The translations under genes and the position numbers were made by a program. Below, in pieces: positions 38,093-47,417 of a DNA stretch of 64,000 nt (within the stretch, counting starts at the first letter, position 1; every line of letters starts with the position of its first letter). The stretch is taken from NCBI GenBank assembly GCA_964642155.1, contig CAZXNT010000001.1, forward strand, positions 83 through 64,082. Reading direction: 5' to 3'. The notes below the pieces were generated by a model. It was not told the origin of the DNA and did no database searches. It worked only from the letters and a program-made list of their open reading frames with translations. Source of the DNA: an uncultured Candidatus Saccharibacteria bacterium. GTDB taxonomy: Bacteria; Patescibacteriota; Minisyncoccia; UBA6257; UBA9933.

Positions 38093-39139
38093 CTATATGT
38101 TTAAATTCCCGTTAGCCGTTAATCGCCTGTTTTTCTTTCTTAAATAATTTATATATCCGGCAATGGCAATTATTACGGCGTTATCGGCGCAAAATTTTTT
38201 TTCTGGAACAAAAAGGTTAATTTTTAATCCTTCATTCTTAATTCTTAATTTCAAATTTTTCTTTAAAGAAAAATTTGATGCCACGCCCCCTGAAATCATA
38301 ATTGATTTAGCATTAAATTCTTTTGCGGCGCGTAAGGTCTTTTTTATTAAAACATCAAAGGTGGCTTGTTGAAAACTGGCGGCTACATTTTCAATTTTAA
38401 CATTTTTATTATCTCGCAAATAATAAAGAATGGAAGTTTTAAGGCCCGAGAAACTAAAATCATAATTTTTTTGGTTGAGCATCGGTCTCGGAAAATCTAT
38501 CGCGTTGGGATTTCCTTTTTTTGCGAGTTTCTCAATTTCCGGACCGCCGGGATAAGGCAAATTCAACAATCTTGCGACTTTATCAAACGCTTCGCCTGCG
38601 GCGTCATCGCGCGTTTCTCCTATTTTTTTATATTTTACTAACGAATTCATTTTAATTAAAATCGTATGCCCGCCGCTTATAATAAGCGCGATTGCCGGAA
38701 ATAAATTTTGAAAATTAGAAATTGAAAATTGAAAATTGACTCTTTTTTGCTCTAGTAAAAAAGAGTAGAGATGGCCCTCTAAATGATTAATGCCGATTAT
38801 ATTAGATTTGAGGTTTGAGATTTGAGATTTGAGATTTTTCGCGAAATTTATGCCGGTCCAAAGCGCCGGTTCAAGTCCGGGACCGACGGTAACGGCAATA
38901 ATATCAGGTTTTAGGTTTTGGGTTTTAGGTTTTAGGTTTTTAAAAAGTAATGGCAAGTTTTTAAGATGTTCGCGTTTGGCCAAATTCGGCACCACTCCGC
39001 CGAATGGCCGGTGAATTTTAATCTGCGACGCCACTAAAGAATTTAGAATATAGAATTTAGGATTTAGAAGTCCGCCTTTCGCTTCAACTAAAGCAATGGC
39101 GGTTTCGTCGCAAGATGTCTCAATAGCGAGAATTTTCAT
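38093..39139 (-). CDS. tsaD: tRNA t6A37 threonylcarbamoyltransferase TsaD
   Basis: ILAIETSCDET, NHLEGH, DDAAGEAFDK, SFSGLKT, CADNA. Confidence 0.96.
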   Translation of the reverse strand: MKILAIETSCDETAIALVEAKGGLLNPKFYILNSLVASQIKIHRPFGGVVPNLAKREHLKNLPLLFKNLKPKTQNLKPDIIAVTVGPGLEPALWTGINFAKNLKSQISNLKSNIIGINHLEGHLYSFLLEQKRVNFQFSISNFQNLFPAIALIISGGHTILIKMNSLVKYKKIGETRDDAAGEAFDKVARLLNLPYPGGPEIEKLAKKGNPNAIDFPRPMLNQKNYDFSFSGLKTSILYYLRDNKNVKIENVAASFQQATFDVLIKKTLRAAKEFNAKSIMISGGVASNFSLKKNLKLRIKNEGLKINLFVPEKKFCADNAVIIAIAGYINYLRKKNRRLTANGNLNI

Positions 39140-39217
39140 AAAATTATGATGAACTATAAACTTTTTCGCCACGCCCTCGCAGGAGGCCAAATTTTCGCCC
39201 GCGAAGCGGACCGAATA

Positions 39218-39694
39218 CTATTTAGCAAATGACTTTCTCAACTTTTCGCGGATACGCGTCATCAAAGTTCGTTTCGGCACTAATGCCAATAATACATCGT
39301 TTTTGAGTTTTAAGCCAAAGAATCCGCGAAAAGTGCTCATATTTTCAATTTCCTCTTGTTCTTCAATTTCTGCTTTTAATTTAGCAACTTCATTGAAATA
39401 ATTTTCTCTCTTTCGAACTGTAATATCAATCTCTCGTTGTGTTTCAGCTTTGTCAAATTCTTCTATCTCAAACACCCTACCATACATTGCTGGGAGCGAG
39501 CCCATTTTTTCTTCGAATGCCGCCTCTTCGTTTCTTTCTAGTTTTTCTAATTCCTCTTGAGCGATTTTTCTATTTTTTCTTGCGGCAAGTCGTCTAAGCC
39601 TTCGGTTTTCAAAATAAAGATAGGGGGCTACAAGTAATGTAAAGAGTCCCCCAATTTGACCTGTAATTTGTAAAATTTGTAGTAATTTATCCAT
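39218..39694 (-). CDS. Hypothetical protein with N-terminal TM
   Basis: 158-aa ORF, TM plus coiled coil. Confidence 0.6.
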   Translation of the reverse strand: MDKLLQILQITGQIGGLFTLLVAPYLYFENRRLRRLAARKNRKIAQEELEKLERNEEAAFEEKMGSLPAMYGRVFEIEEFDKAETQREIDITVRKRENYFNEVAKLKAEIEEQEEIENMSTFRGFFGLKLKNDVLLALVPKRTLMTRIREKLRKSFAK

Positions 39695-39734
39695 CTGTCG
39701 GGATTTCTTATCTTAGTTGCATTTTTTCCATATT

Positions 39735-39980
39735 TTAATATTTAAATTTATACTTAAATGGATCTACCGTTCCTTTTTTACCGGTGAATGGATTGTAATT
39801 ATATTTTGAGGAATAATTATCAAATTTAGTTTTATTGGGTGAGGTTTTATAGTATGGCTGGACATAAGTGCCATTGCTTTTAAAATATCCTCTCGCCCTT
39901 GTTGTTTTAGCTTCTGCAAACACTGGTAATGCCAAGATTAGAATAATTGCTACAAAAATTATTATTGTGATTTTTTTCAT
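39735..39980 (-). CDS. Small secreted protein (GYxKSNGTYVQPY...NPFTGKKGT family)
   Basis: Signal peptide and a recognisable conserved motif. Confidence 0.75.
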   Translation of the reverse strand: MKKITIIIFVAIILILALPVFAEAKTTRARGYFKSNGTYVQPYYKTSPNKTKFDNYSSKYNYNPFTGKKGTVDPFKYKFKY

Positions 39981-39981
39981 A

Positions 39982-41154
39982 TTATTGTATTGAATTTATT
40001 TTATTAAGATATTGAATTCTTAAGGATTCTTGCTCAAGTTGCAAAAGTTCTATTTGCCGATTTGCTTCTCGTGCTAACTCAATTTTTCTGCCTGCTATAC
40101 CAGAAGCTGATATACCTTCCTGTCTAAGATTTTCTGTGTCTTTATAGTATTTCTGATTGACAGCTAGTATCTGTGCGTCAATTTCATTTATTTTTTGTTG
40201 ATATTCAGCGAGCAGTGAATTAACCTGATTTGTTTTATTCTGTTCTTTCTGTAGCATCTGTAATTCGGCTTGGCGAGCCGCTTCTTCTTGCTGTTGATTT
40301 TGTGTGGAATTATCTTGATTGTTTTGGTTAAAAACATTGTCTATGAGGCACTGGGCGTCTCCGGTCGAGGGGCAATAAAATCTTTGTCCTGCCGGACAAG
40401 GTGTCCAATATTTACCATTACATGAAATAGTATTTGGTGGCGCGATATTTGCTGACGGAGATATAGTTGTTTTTTGATGTTCTACATTATTTGTCGCGGC
40501 TGGTGGCAGGGATTGTTTTTGCTGATTTTGAGGTTGGGCTGGTTTCTTTTTTAATTCACTAACTTCATTTTGTAGTTTTTCTATTTCGGATGCCTGCTGA
40601 TTATCTTTTTCCTGCTTTAGCTCCGCTACTTCATTTTTCAACTTTTCAATTTCACCTTTCAGTTCGGCGATTTGTTTCGTGGCTTCTTCTTGGCCTTTTC
40701 TGCTTGCTTCGATTGCCTGCGTGATCGCCTCCTTCGCTTCTTCGGGGACTTTAATTAAAATGGCGGCTAACACCTCTTGATTTCTTGAGTTGTTGTCTAC
40801 AATCGAGTTGAGCAAAGTTTCCGCTTGCCCTTTGTCTTTAACTTCTTTTGATTTTTCCGTCGCCAAAGCAACATTGCTTTCATAGTTGGCGATAGCTGTT
40901 TTAACTGCGTTCGGATTTTTTTCTTCCGCAACGGATTCTATTTCGGCCAAACGCTCGTCAGCGTACTCCAGCGCTTTTTGGGCTTTTTGTTCTGGGTTGA
41001 AAGTAAAGAAAAGACTTATATTTTCAAAAGTGGTATCAAAGAAATAGAAAAAGCTTCCGGGTTTAATTCCGGCACTTGTTACGGCTGAAGCAGGAGCGGG
41101 TAAAGAAAAAACAACTACTAACAACAATACTAATATTGGAAATGATTTTTTCAT
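39982..41154 (-). CDS. Secreted DUF5667-like protein with coiled coil and Cys motif
   Basis: AGIKPGSFFYFFD...KALEYADERLAE. Confidence 0.7.
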   Translation of the reverse strand: MKKSFPILVLLLVVVFSLPAPASAVTSAGIKPGSFFYFFDTTFENISLFFTFNPEQKAQKALEYADERLAEIESVAEEKNPNAVKTAIANYESNVALATEKSKEVKDKGQAETLLNSIVDNNSRNQEVLAAILIKVPEEAKEAITQAIEASRKGQEEATKQIAELKGEIEKLKNEVAELKQEKDNQQASEIEKLQNEVSELKKKPAQPQNQQKQSLPPAATNNVEHQKTTISPSANIAPPNTISCNGKYWTPCPAGQRFYCPSTGDAQCLIDNVFNQNNQDNSTQNQQQEEAARQAELQMLQKEQNKTNQVNSLLAEYQQKINEIDAQILAVNQKYYKDTENLRQEGISASGIAGRKIELAREANRQIELLQLEQESLRIQYLNKINSIQ

Positions 41155-41170
41155 ATTTTCAGACGCATTA

Positions 41171-41410
41171 TTAATTTTTTATCCATTCTTTTTGTGGGAT
41201 TCCCGACTGTTGGATAATACCCTTTAATGTTCTTGGTTTTAAAACTCTTTTACCATGAAAAGGAATGCATACTTGTCTAGATTGACCACTATAATTGCCA
41301 AAATAGAACATATGACTGCCCTTAGTGTACGTATGAAAGAAATTATATTCTTTTAAAAATCTTACTGCGTCTTCTGCTGTCCAATTGAAAAATCCTCTCG
41401 TCATAATCAA
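41171..41410 (-). CDS. HicA-family toxin
   Basis: KGSH motif, IPFHG, TLKGIIQQSG. Confidence 0.85.
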   Translation of the reverse strand: MIMTRGFFNWTAEDAVRFLKEYNFFHTYTKGSHMFYFGNYSGQSRQVCIPFHGKRVLKPRTLKGIIQQSGIPQKEWIKN

Positions 41411-41423
41411 TAAAAATTCGCGT

Positions 41424-41765
41424 TTAATACGCTGGCGCTGAAAGTCCTTGTAAAATTTGCTTCATATTGAGAATCCCCGAAGAAAAAACATTGTTTGTTT
41501 GTTTTTTGTTTTCCTGGCTATTTTGCCACATTTCTTCGTATTCGCTATTAGTCGCTTGATTTAAAATGCTGGGTCGAGATTTTATTTTTTTAGCCGCTTC
41601 AACATAGCCGGAAAACGCTTCAAATAACAATAAAATCGCTTCTTGAGGAGTATCGCCCGATTCCACTATATTAAATTCAAGACCAACCGCGTACCAAACA
41701 TTACCTTCTTTAAAAACAAGGTAGCGAACTGACCCTTTTTGTAAAGTATTTTTATATTTTTTCAT
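41424..41765 (-). CDS. HicB-like antitoxin (N-terminal domain only)
   Basis: WYAVGLEFNIVESGDTPQEA. Confidence 0.7.
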   Translation of the reverse strand: MKKYKNTLQKGSVRYLVFKEGNVWYAVGLEFNIVESGDTPQEAILLLFEAFSGYVEAAKKIKSRPSILNQATNSEYEEMWQNSQENKKQTNNVFSSGILNMKQILQGLSAPAY

Positions 41766-41818
41766 ATAATCAATATATAATATATTGATCTAAAAAACAA
41801 TCGGTAAATTAACCTTCG

Positions 41819-41893
41819 TAGTCCCAACGGGATTTGAACCCGTGTTTTCAGGATGAAAACCTGATGTCCTGGACCGAACTAGACGATAGGACC
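41819..41893 (-). tRNA. tRNA-Glu(TTC)
   Basis: TCAGG-TTTTCAT-CCTGA anticodon arm, TTCAAAT T loop. Confidence 0.93.
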
Positions 41894-41908
41894 AAATTAC
41901 ATCTTATT

Positions 41909-43063
41909 TTATCTAAGCTGCGCGTTAAACTGATTTGCTGTTTGATGGTAAATTTTTTTCTGAATTTCGTCAACTTCCAACGAGGTCAAAGTCTTGTCAT
42001 TACTTTGATAAACTATGCGATAAGTATAACTGATTTTATTTTTTCCTCCGAATTTTTCAGCATTTTCATATTTATCAATTAATTTCACTTCCTCCACTAA
42101 ATTTCCGCCGATATCCCTTATTAAATCAAAATAATTATTAGGAATAAAATTATTATCAACCACAAAAGAAATATCTCTTGTTATTGAAGGATATTTACTT
42201 ATCGAAACATATTTATTCCCCAACTGAAGCTGTTTTTTTATTTTTGGATTATTGGACCAAAGTAAGCGGATATCGGGCAAACTCATGCTTATTATCGCCA
42301 GTCTTTCCAAGCCAAAACCAAAAGCCCAGCCATTGTATTCATTTGGGTCAACTCCTAAATTTCTAAGAACATCAGGGTGGACAATGCCAGAACCTAAAAC
42401 TTCCACCCATCGGCCTCCTACTTCTATTTCCATTTCGCAACTTGGATCAGTATACGGAAATTTATCAATGTTAAATCTAAATTTTATTTCTTTACTGAAA
42501 ATAGCCCGAGCAATTTCAGTTAAAACCGATTTCAAATTATTAATGGTAATAATCTCTTTAGATTTCGGAGAAAGATACCAGCCGTCAATCTGATGAAAAA
42601 CATTCATGTGATTTCTATCTATTTCGTCTTTGCGATAAACTTTCCCATAAGAAAGCGCGCCCATTGAAAGTTTATTTTTAATTCTTTCTTTGACTATTTT
42701 TGAATTTAAATAGTAATACCACATTATCGTTGTATGAGTTCGTAAAATATGTTTGTCATCAACATAATATGTATCTGAACGATTTCTTGCCGGGTGGTCA
42801 GCCGGGAAATTAAATAAATCAAAACAAATATCCGCCGAAACTATTTCCGGAGTTTTAATTTCATCAAAATCAGAAAAATGGCTGATATTTTTAATGCGCC
42901 TTACAAGTTCAGACAAAGGGTTTGATTCATCGCGCGTTAAATCAGAATAATTTAAAAAACGAACCATTCTTTGGGCCTCTGAATCGTCTCTTTTTTCTAA
43001 ATCTTTTTTAAATTTACCCTCTTCCTGAGACTTAATTTCAATATATTGTTTTTCCGTACTCAT
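41909..43063 (-). CDS. pheS: Phenylalanine-tRNA ligase catalytic domain fused to an FDX-ACB anticodon-binding domain
   Basis: HPARNRSDTYY, LRTHT, FHQIDG, FPYTDPS, GWAFGFGLERL, then YPSITRDISF...RIVYQSNDKTLT. Confidence 0.9.
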   Translation of the reverse strand: MSTEKQYIEIKSQEEGKFKKDLEKRDDSEAQRMVRFLNYSDLTRDESNPLSELVRRIKNISHFSDFDEIKTPEIVSADICFDLFNFPADHPARNRSDTYYVDDKHILRTHTTIMWYYYLNSKIVKERIKNKLSMGALSYGKVYRKDEIDRNHMNVFHQIDGWYLSPKSKEIITINNLKSVLTEIARAIFSKEIKFRFNIDKFPYTDPSCEMEIEVGGRWVEVLGSGIVHPDVLRNLGVDPNEYNGWAFGFGLERLAIISMSLPDIRLLWSNNPKIKKQLQLGNKYVSISKYPSITRDISFVVDNNFIPNNYFDLIRDIGGNLVEEVKLIDKYENAEKFGGKNKISYTYRIVYQSNDKTLTSLEVDEIQKKIYHQTANQFNAQLR

Positions 43064-43159
43064 TTTATTAAATTAATATGCCTAAAAGATATATCTTTAA
43101 TAATTTAAATAAATATTATATAATATTTAAGAATAAATACAAACCCCGCGCTAAAAATA

Positions 43160-44857
43160 ATGGAAAATATCAAAGACATCACCGTATTCGCCAAAACAAA
43201 CTTCCGCAATAAGGACCGCTCTTTTGGCATCAAAACCGTTGACCGCCGCCAGCATATGTACGTCATCGGAAAAACCGGCACCGGTAAAACCACTATGCTT
43301 TTTAACGTGGCTCTTCAAGACATTATTAATGGCCGGGGAGTTTGCATTGTGGACCCGCACGGCGAATTCGTTGAAACAGTTATGAAAAGAATTCCCAAAG
43401 AACGGCTTAAGGATGTTGTTTATTTCAACCCGATAGACGCCGAACATCCGATAGGATTTAACGTATTGGAAGTCTCTGACCCGAAATACAAACACTTGGT
43501 GTCTTCGGATTTAATGGCGATTTTCACCAAAATCTGGGCGAATGTCTGGTCAGCCAGAATGGAGTACATTTTAAGTAACTGTGTTTTAGCTTTAATAGAT
43601 ACGCCCGGCACCACGCTTTTGGGCATACCGAGAATTCTTGTTGATAAAGATTATCGCCAGCGAATTATCGCCAATATTAAAGACCCGGTGGTAAAATCAT
43701 TCTGGATAAATGAATACGAAACATGGCGCGACCAATTCCGAAATGAAGCCATTGTCCCTATTCAAAACAAAGTCGGGCAATTTCTTTCAACTTCACTCAT
43801 CAGAAATATAGTCGGTCAGCCGAAAAGCACTATCAATATTCCCGAAATAATGAATAACGAAAAAATCCTTTTGGTTAATCTTTCAAAAGGAAGAATTGGA
43901 GAAGACAACGCCGCGCTTCTGGGAGCGATGATTATCACAAAAATCCAATTGGCGGCAATGGAAAGAGTAAGAATCCCGGAATCCGAAAGAAAAGATTTTT
44001 ATCTTTATGTTGACGAATTCCAAAATTTCGTTACCGACTCATTCGCCAATATCCTTTCTGAGGCAAGAAAATATCGGTTAAATTTGATTATTGCACACCA
44101 ATACATCGGTCAACTGGCGACTAAAGATTCAACTGTTGTACGAGACGCCATTTTCGGCAACGTCGGAACAATGATAATTTTTCGCATCGGCGCCACGGAC
44201 GCGGATTTTCTGGAAAAAGAACTGGAACCGGAATTTACCATTGAAGACGTTGTTAATCTGCCCAATCGCCAGATTTATTTAAAACTTATGGTTGATGGCG
44301 TTACCAGCCGGCCATTCTCTGCCAACACGCTACCACCTCTTGCCGTAACGACGCTCGACAATAATCACGAAGAGGTTATTGAAATGTCGCGTAAATTGTA
44401 CTCTAAGCCAAAACGCGAGGTTGAAGAAGAAATTTCCAGATGGAGCGGATTAGCAACAGAAAGACCAATAATAGAAAGAAAATTCGGTGGCGAAAAAAAT
44501 GAAGGGCGGGAAATTAGAGGAACCAGACCGGCTTTTGGAAGAGAGGGTTTTAAAAAATTTACGCATGCCGGGCATTTGGGAGAAATCGGCATAGAATTTG
44601 AACCGCCACGGCGAAAAACTTTTGGAGAGGTTAAAGCGCCATTAAAAAAAGAAATTTCTTTGGAAGAATTGAAAAAACCTGATTTGGTAAACCCCGTTAG
44701 AAATAGTCCCGCTCAGCGGGACGCGATTTCTAACGGGGTAAAAAAATCGCCGGAACAAAAAGAACCGGCAATAAAAGAATTCGCCAAAAAATCAATAAAC
44801 GAAAATCAAATAGAAGAATTAAAAGATGCCATTAAGAAAGCGATAGAAGGAGCTTAA
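43160..44857 (+). CDS. VirD4/TraD-like (DUF87/TrwB) ATPase
   Basis: HMYVIGKTGTGKT, VDPHGE, LYVDEFQ, SEARKY. Confidence 0.9.
   Translation: MENIKDITVFAKTNFRNKDRSFGIKTVDRRQHMYVIGKTGTGKTTMLFNVALQDIINGRGVCIVDPHGEFVETVMKRIPKERLKDVVYFNPIDAEHPIGFNVLEVSDPKYKHLVSSDLMAIFTKIWANVWSARMEYILSNCVLALIDTPGTTLLGIPRILVDKDYRQRIIANIKDPVVKSFWINEYETWRDQFRNEAIVPIQNKVGQFLSTSLIRNIVGQPKSTINIPEIMNNEKILLVNLSKGRIGEDNAALLGAMIITKIQLAAMERVRIPESERKDFYLYVDEFQNFVTDSFANILSEARKYRLNLIIAHQYIGQLATKDSTVVRDAIFGNVGTMIIFRIGATDADFLEKELEPEFTIEDVVNLPNRQIYLKLMVDGVTSRPFSANTLPPLAVTTLDNNHEEVIEMSRKLYSKPKREVEEEISRWSGLATERPIIERKFGGEKNEGREIRGTRPAFGREGFKKFTHAGHLGEIGIEFEPPRRKTFGEVKAPLKKEISLEELKKPDLVNPVRNSPAQRDAISNGVKKSPEQKEPAIKEFAKKSINENQIEELKDAIKKAIEGA
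44691..44739. repeat. In-frame palindromic element (ACCCCGTTAGAAAT...ATTTCTAACGGGGT)
   Basis: Same TIR as 17143-17250, inner hairpin GTCCCGCT-C-AGCGGGAC; encodes NPVRNSPAQRDAISNGV. Confidence 0.85.
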
Positions 44858-45192
44858 AATTTAGGCCTAATTTGCGGAGGAATATTCGGCTTATCGCTTA
44901 TCGGCCTGATTAAAATCAGGCGTAAAAGTTTTAATATCACCAACACTAAAATAAAATATCCCGCCATTGCCGAAAGAGTTGTAAAATCAATTATTCCCTT
45001 CTCAAGATAAACATTTGGAAATATGAATTTAAACGGCGCCGCTATAAAATCGGTTATTTTATAAAGCAATTCCACGATAAGCGCTTTTGAGCTGGCTGCT
45101 AAAAATTTCAAAACTACTCTAACGCCCAAAACAATTTCTAACAAACCGGTCAGATATTTAATTATCGCGGAAATATAATAATATTTTTCCAT
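44854..45192 (-). CDS. YggT-like membrane protein
   Basis: LGVRVVLKFLAA...LYKITDFIAAPF. Confidence 0.7.
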   Translation of the reverse strand: MEKYYYISAIIKYLTGLLEIVLGVRVVLKFLAASSKALIVELLYKITDFIAAPFKFIFPNVYLEKGIIDFTTLSAMAGYFILVLVILKLLRLILIRPISDKPNIPPQIRPKF

Positions 45193-45220
45193 TTAATAAA
45201 TAATAATATATTCTTAAATT

Positions 45221-47086
45221 TTACGCAACCTCCGCTTGATAACACTTCTCGCAGTATACTATCTCTTTTCTCTCGGGTGCATAGGTAGTTTCAAACTCAT
45301 TGCGACAGGGTTCTGTTCCGTGAGTATGAGTAATGGTGTTTTGATAAACTCCGTTGTCTGATTTAGTGCCATTACATTGGCACTTTCTTTTCCATAATTT
45401 GAAAGGGTTTCTTTGTTTGATTCTCTGATAATGACGGCAGTTGGGACATAATCTGGGCAAGGGAAGATTCATTTTACGGTAAAATTCCAGTTCTTGGGGG
45501 ATGATTTTGAAGGCAGTTGTGCACCCCGACGCATCTTGGTCGGGGCTCCGACCCCTTTGGGCGTCGGAGTTGTTCGCGCATTGAATAACTTGGTTTAATA
45601 TATCATCTTTAACATCCTTTATATGATCAGGGAGTTGATCTGATTTTATAGTTATTGGTATGTTCCTTTCTTCCGGGTCTTTCCAGCTATATCCTTGTTC
45701 TATGGCTTGTTCTTTGGTCAAGGGGAAATATTCTTGGGCTATGGTTTCATTATACGCAAACGGACTTAATTCCGGCGGGAAAAATTCTCCATATTTGTAT
45801 ATCCTACCTTTTTTGTCCACATACGGCATAGAATTCATATGTTCTATGATTTGAGTCCTGAGCTTGTCGAAGGATTCCTTGGTATATTGTTTGTTGAGAA
45901 TGCAGTATTTACCTTTTCGCACCATACTGCATCCAAACATATAATCAGATGAAACGACTGTATCGCAATATTGTAAATAATCACCTATCCATGAACCAAA
46001 AGAAAATTTTGTATTGCTAATATTTTCTCCACAATTAATTGATTCATACATTAAAGAAGCATTATTTCCCCAATCGCCATAATCATAACAATCTTTACTA
46101 ATCGGCATATGCGCCTGAAAACAATATTTTAAATTTTCTCCTCCAACAATATCAAATGAATAAAAAATATTTTTACTATTAGAAATATAATCGCCGGAAA
46201 CATTTAAATTTAAGAGTCCATTAGTATTGGGCTTATTTATAGAATTTAACCAAAAATCTTCTGACTTTTTTTTATATTCTCTAATTATTTTAAAAGACTT
46301 AAAATTTAAATTTTCAATAAATTTAGAATATTCTTCTTTTGAATATGGCTTATTAAAAATATGATAATTTTTATGCCTTAAATTTGTACAACTAAAACAA
46401 TTTTGACAGTTTTTAAGATTTTTTGAGAAATAAACATCAATACAATCCAAACAATTCATTGAGAAAGAACACTTATAACAATTTTCGCAATTAAAAAGCT
46501 CATAAGATTTTTGTGTATTAAAAACCCTATAGCAATCCATGGAATCCTGAGATCCCACTATAATTGACGAGTAAGAGCAATTTTCGTTATCTTCGGCTTG
46601 TATTACTAAATAACAATTTTTTAACGGACCGGTATAATTAGTGTATTCGCTATTTATACTGCGTAAATAATCTATTAATAAACTTATCCTTGGAATTTTA
46701 TTTAATAATTCTCTAAATTGTTCAAAAAACGGCTTAGAAAAATCATAATCCCTGCCATAATCTAAAGCATTCCATTTATCCGACAACCAACAAGACGGAC
46801 AATAAACAGGAAAAGAAGTATTCTGGGGATAAACAGCTATTATTAATTTATCACATAAATCGCATTTCCTTTTATAAAAAGTTCTTTCATTTTTGAAGGT
46901 CATTCTTCGTATCAACCTGCACTCCGGACAAAAAGTCGGCGCCGGCACTTGCAGTTTTTTATACATCTCAATATCTTCAATAAAGATATCAAAATTAACA
47001 CTGCATTGTTTGCAAGTTTTACTGTGGGGTTGAAGATTATCTAAAATCTCACCCAACGCTTTATCAAATTGTGGGGTTTTGGACAT
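45221..47086 (-). CDS. Cys-rich CPR protein, paralog 1 (zinc ribbons plus Cys-ladder repeats)
   Basis: CKQC, PTFCPECR, many CxxC, YGEFFP, PLPRLCPNCR, YCEKCY. Confidence 0.85.
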   Translation of the reverse strand: MSKTPQFDKALGEILDNLQPHSKTCKQCSVNFDIFIEDIEMYKKLQVPAPTFCPECRLIRRMTFKNERTFYKRKCDLCDKLIIAVYPQNTSFPVYCPSCWLSDKWNALDYGRDYDFSKPFFEQFRELLNKIPRISLLIDYLRSINSEYTNYTGPLKNCYLVIQAEDNENCSYSSIIVGSQDSMDCYRVFNTQKSYELFNCENCYKCSFSMNCLDCIDVYFSKNLKNCQNCFSCTNLRHKNYHIFNKPYSKEEYSKFIENLNFKSFKIIREYKKKSEDFWLNSINKPNTNGLLNLNVSGDYISNSKNIFYSFDIVGGENLKYCFQAHMPISKDCYDYGDWGNNASLMYESINCGENISNTKFSFGSWIGDYLQYCDTVVSSDYMFGCSMVRKGKYCILNKQYTKESFDKLRTQIIEHMNSMPYVDKKGRIYKYGEFFPPELSPFAYNETIAQEYFPLTKEQAIEQGYSWKDPEERNIPITIKSDQLPDHIKDVKDDILNQVIQCANNSDAQRGRSPDQDASGCTTAFKIIPQELEFYRKMNLPLPRLCPNCRHYQRIKQRNPFKLWKRKCQCNGTKSDNGVYQNTITHTHGTEPCRNEFETTYAPERKEIVYCEKCYQAEVA

Positions 47087-47104
47087 AAAAATTATTCGGA
47101 TATT

Positions 47105-47413
47105 TTATTTAATACACGTCTGCAACCACTCCTTGTATTCCTTATTAACTCTAAAAATATTGATTACGGCTATGCAAGGAAGTATTTTTTGATGATTTTG
47201 TTCGTGAATTAAATTTTCAATCTCCTGCACTTTGGCTTCTACGGTTTTTATTAAAACAGTTATGCCCGGCTGGCTGACCACCCCTTCATCTCCCTGATAT
47301 AAAAAATTTACTCTTGATAAATCAACCGTGCCTGCCAATCCTTTTTCAAGAATAAGTTTGCTTACTTTTTTTGCTTCTTCTTCATCGGAATATGTAACGT
47401 GGATAAATACCAT
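47105..47413 (-). CDS. CutA-like divalent cation tolerance protein
   Basis: EEAKKVSKLILEKGLAG, LIKT, LPCI, EYKEWL. Confidence 0.75.
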   Translation of the reverse strand: MVFIHVTYSDEEEAKKVSKLILEKGLAGTVDLSRVNFLYQGDEGVVSQPGITVLIKTVEAKVQEIENLIHEQNHQKILPCIAVINIFRVNKEYKEWLQTCIK

Positions 47414-47417
47414 ATTA

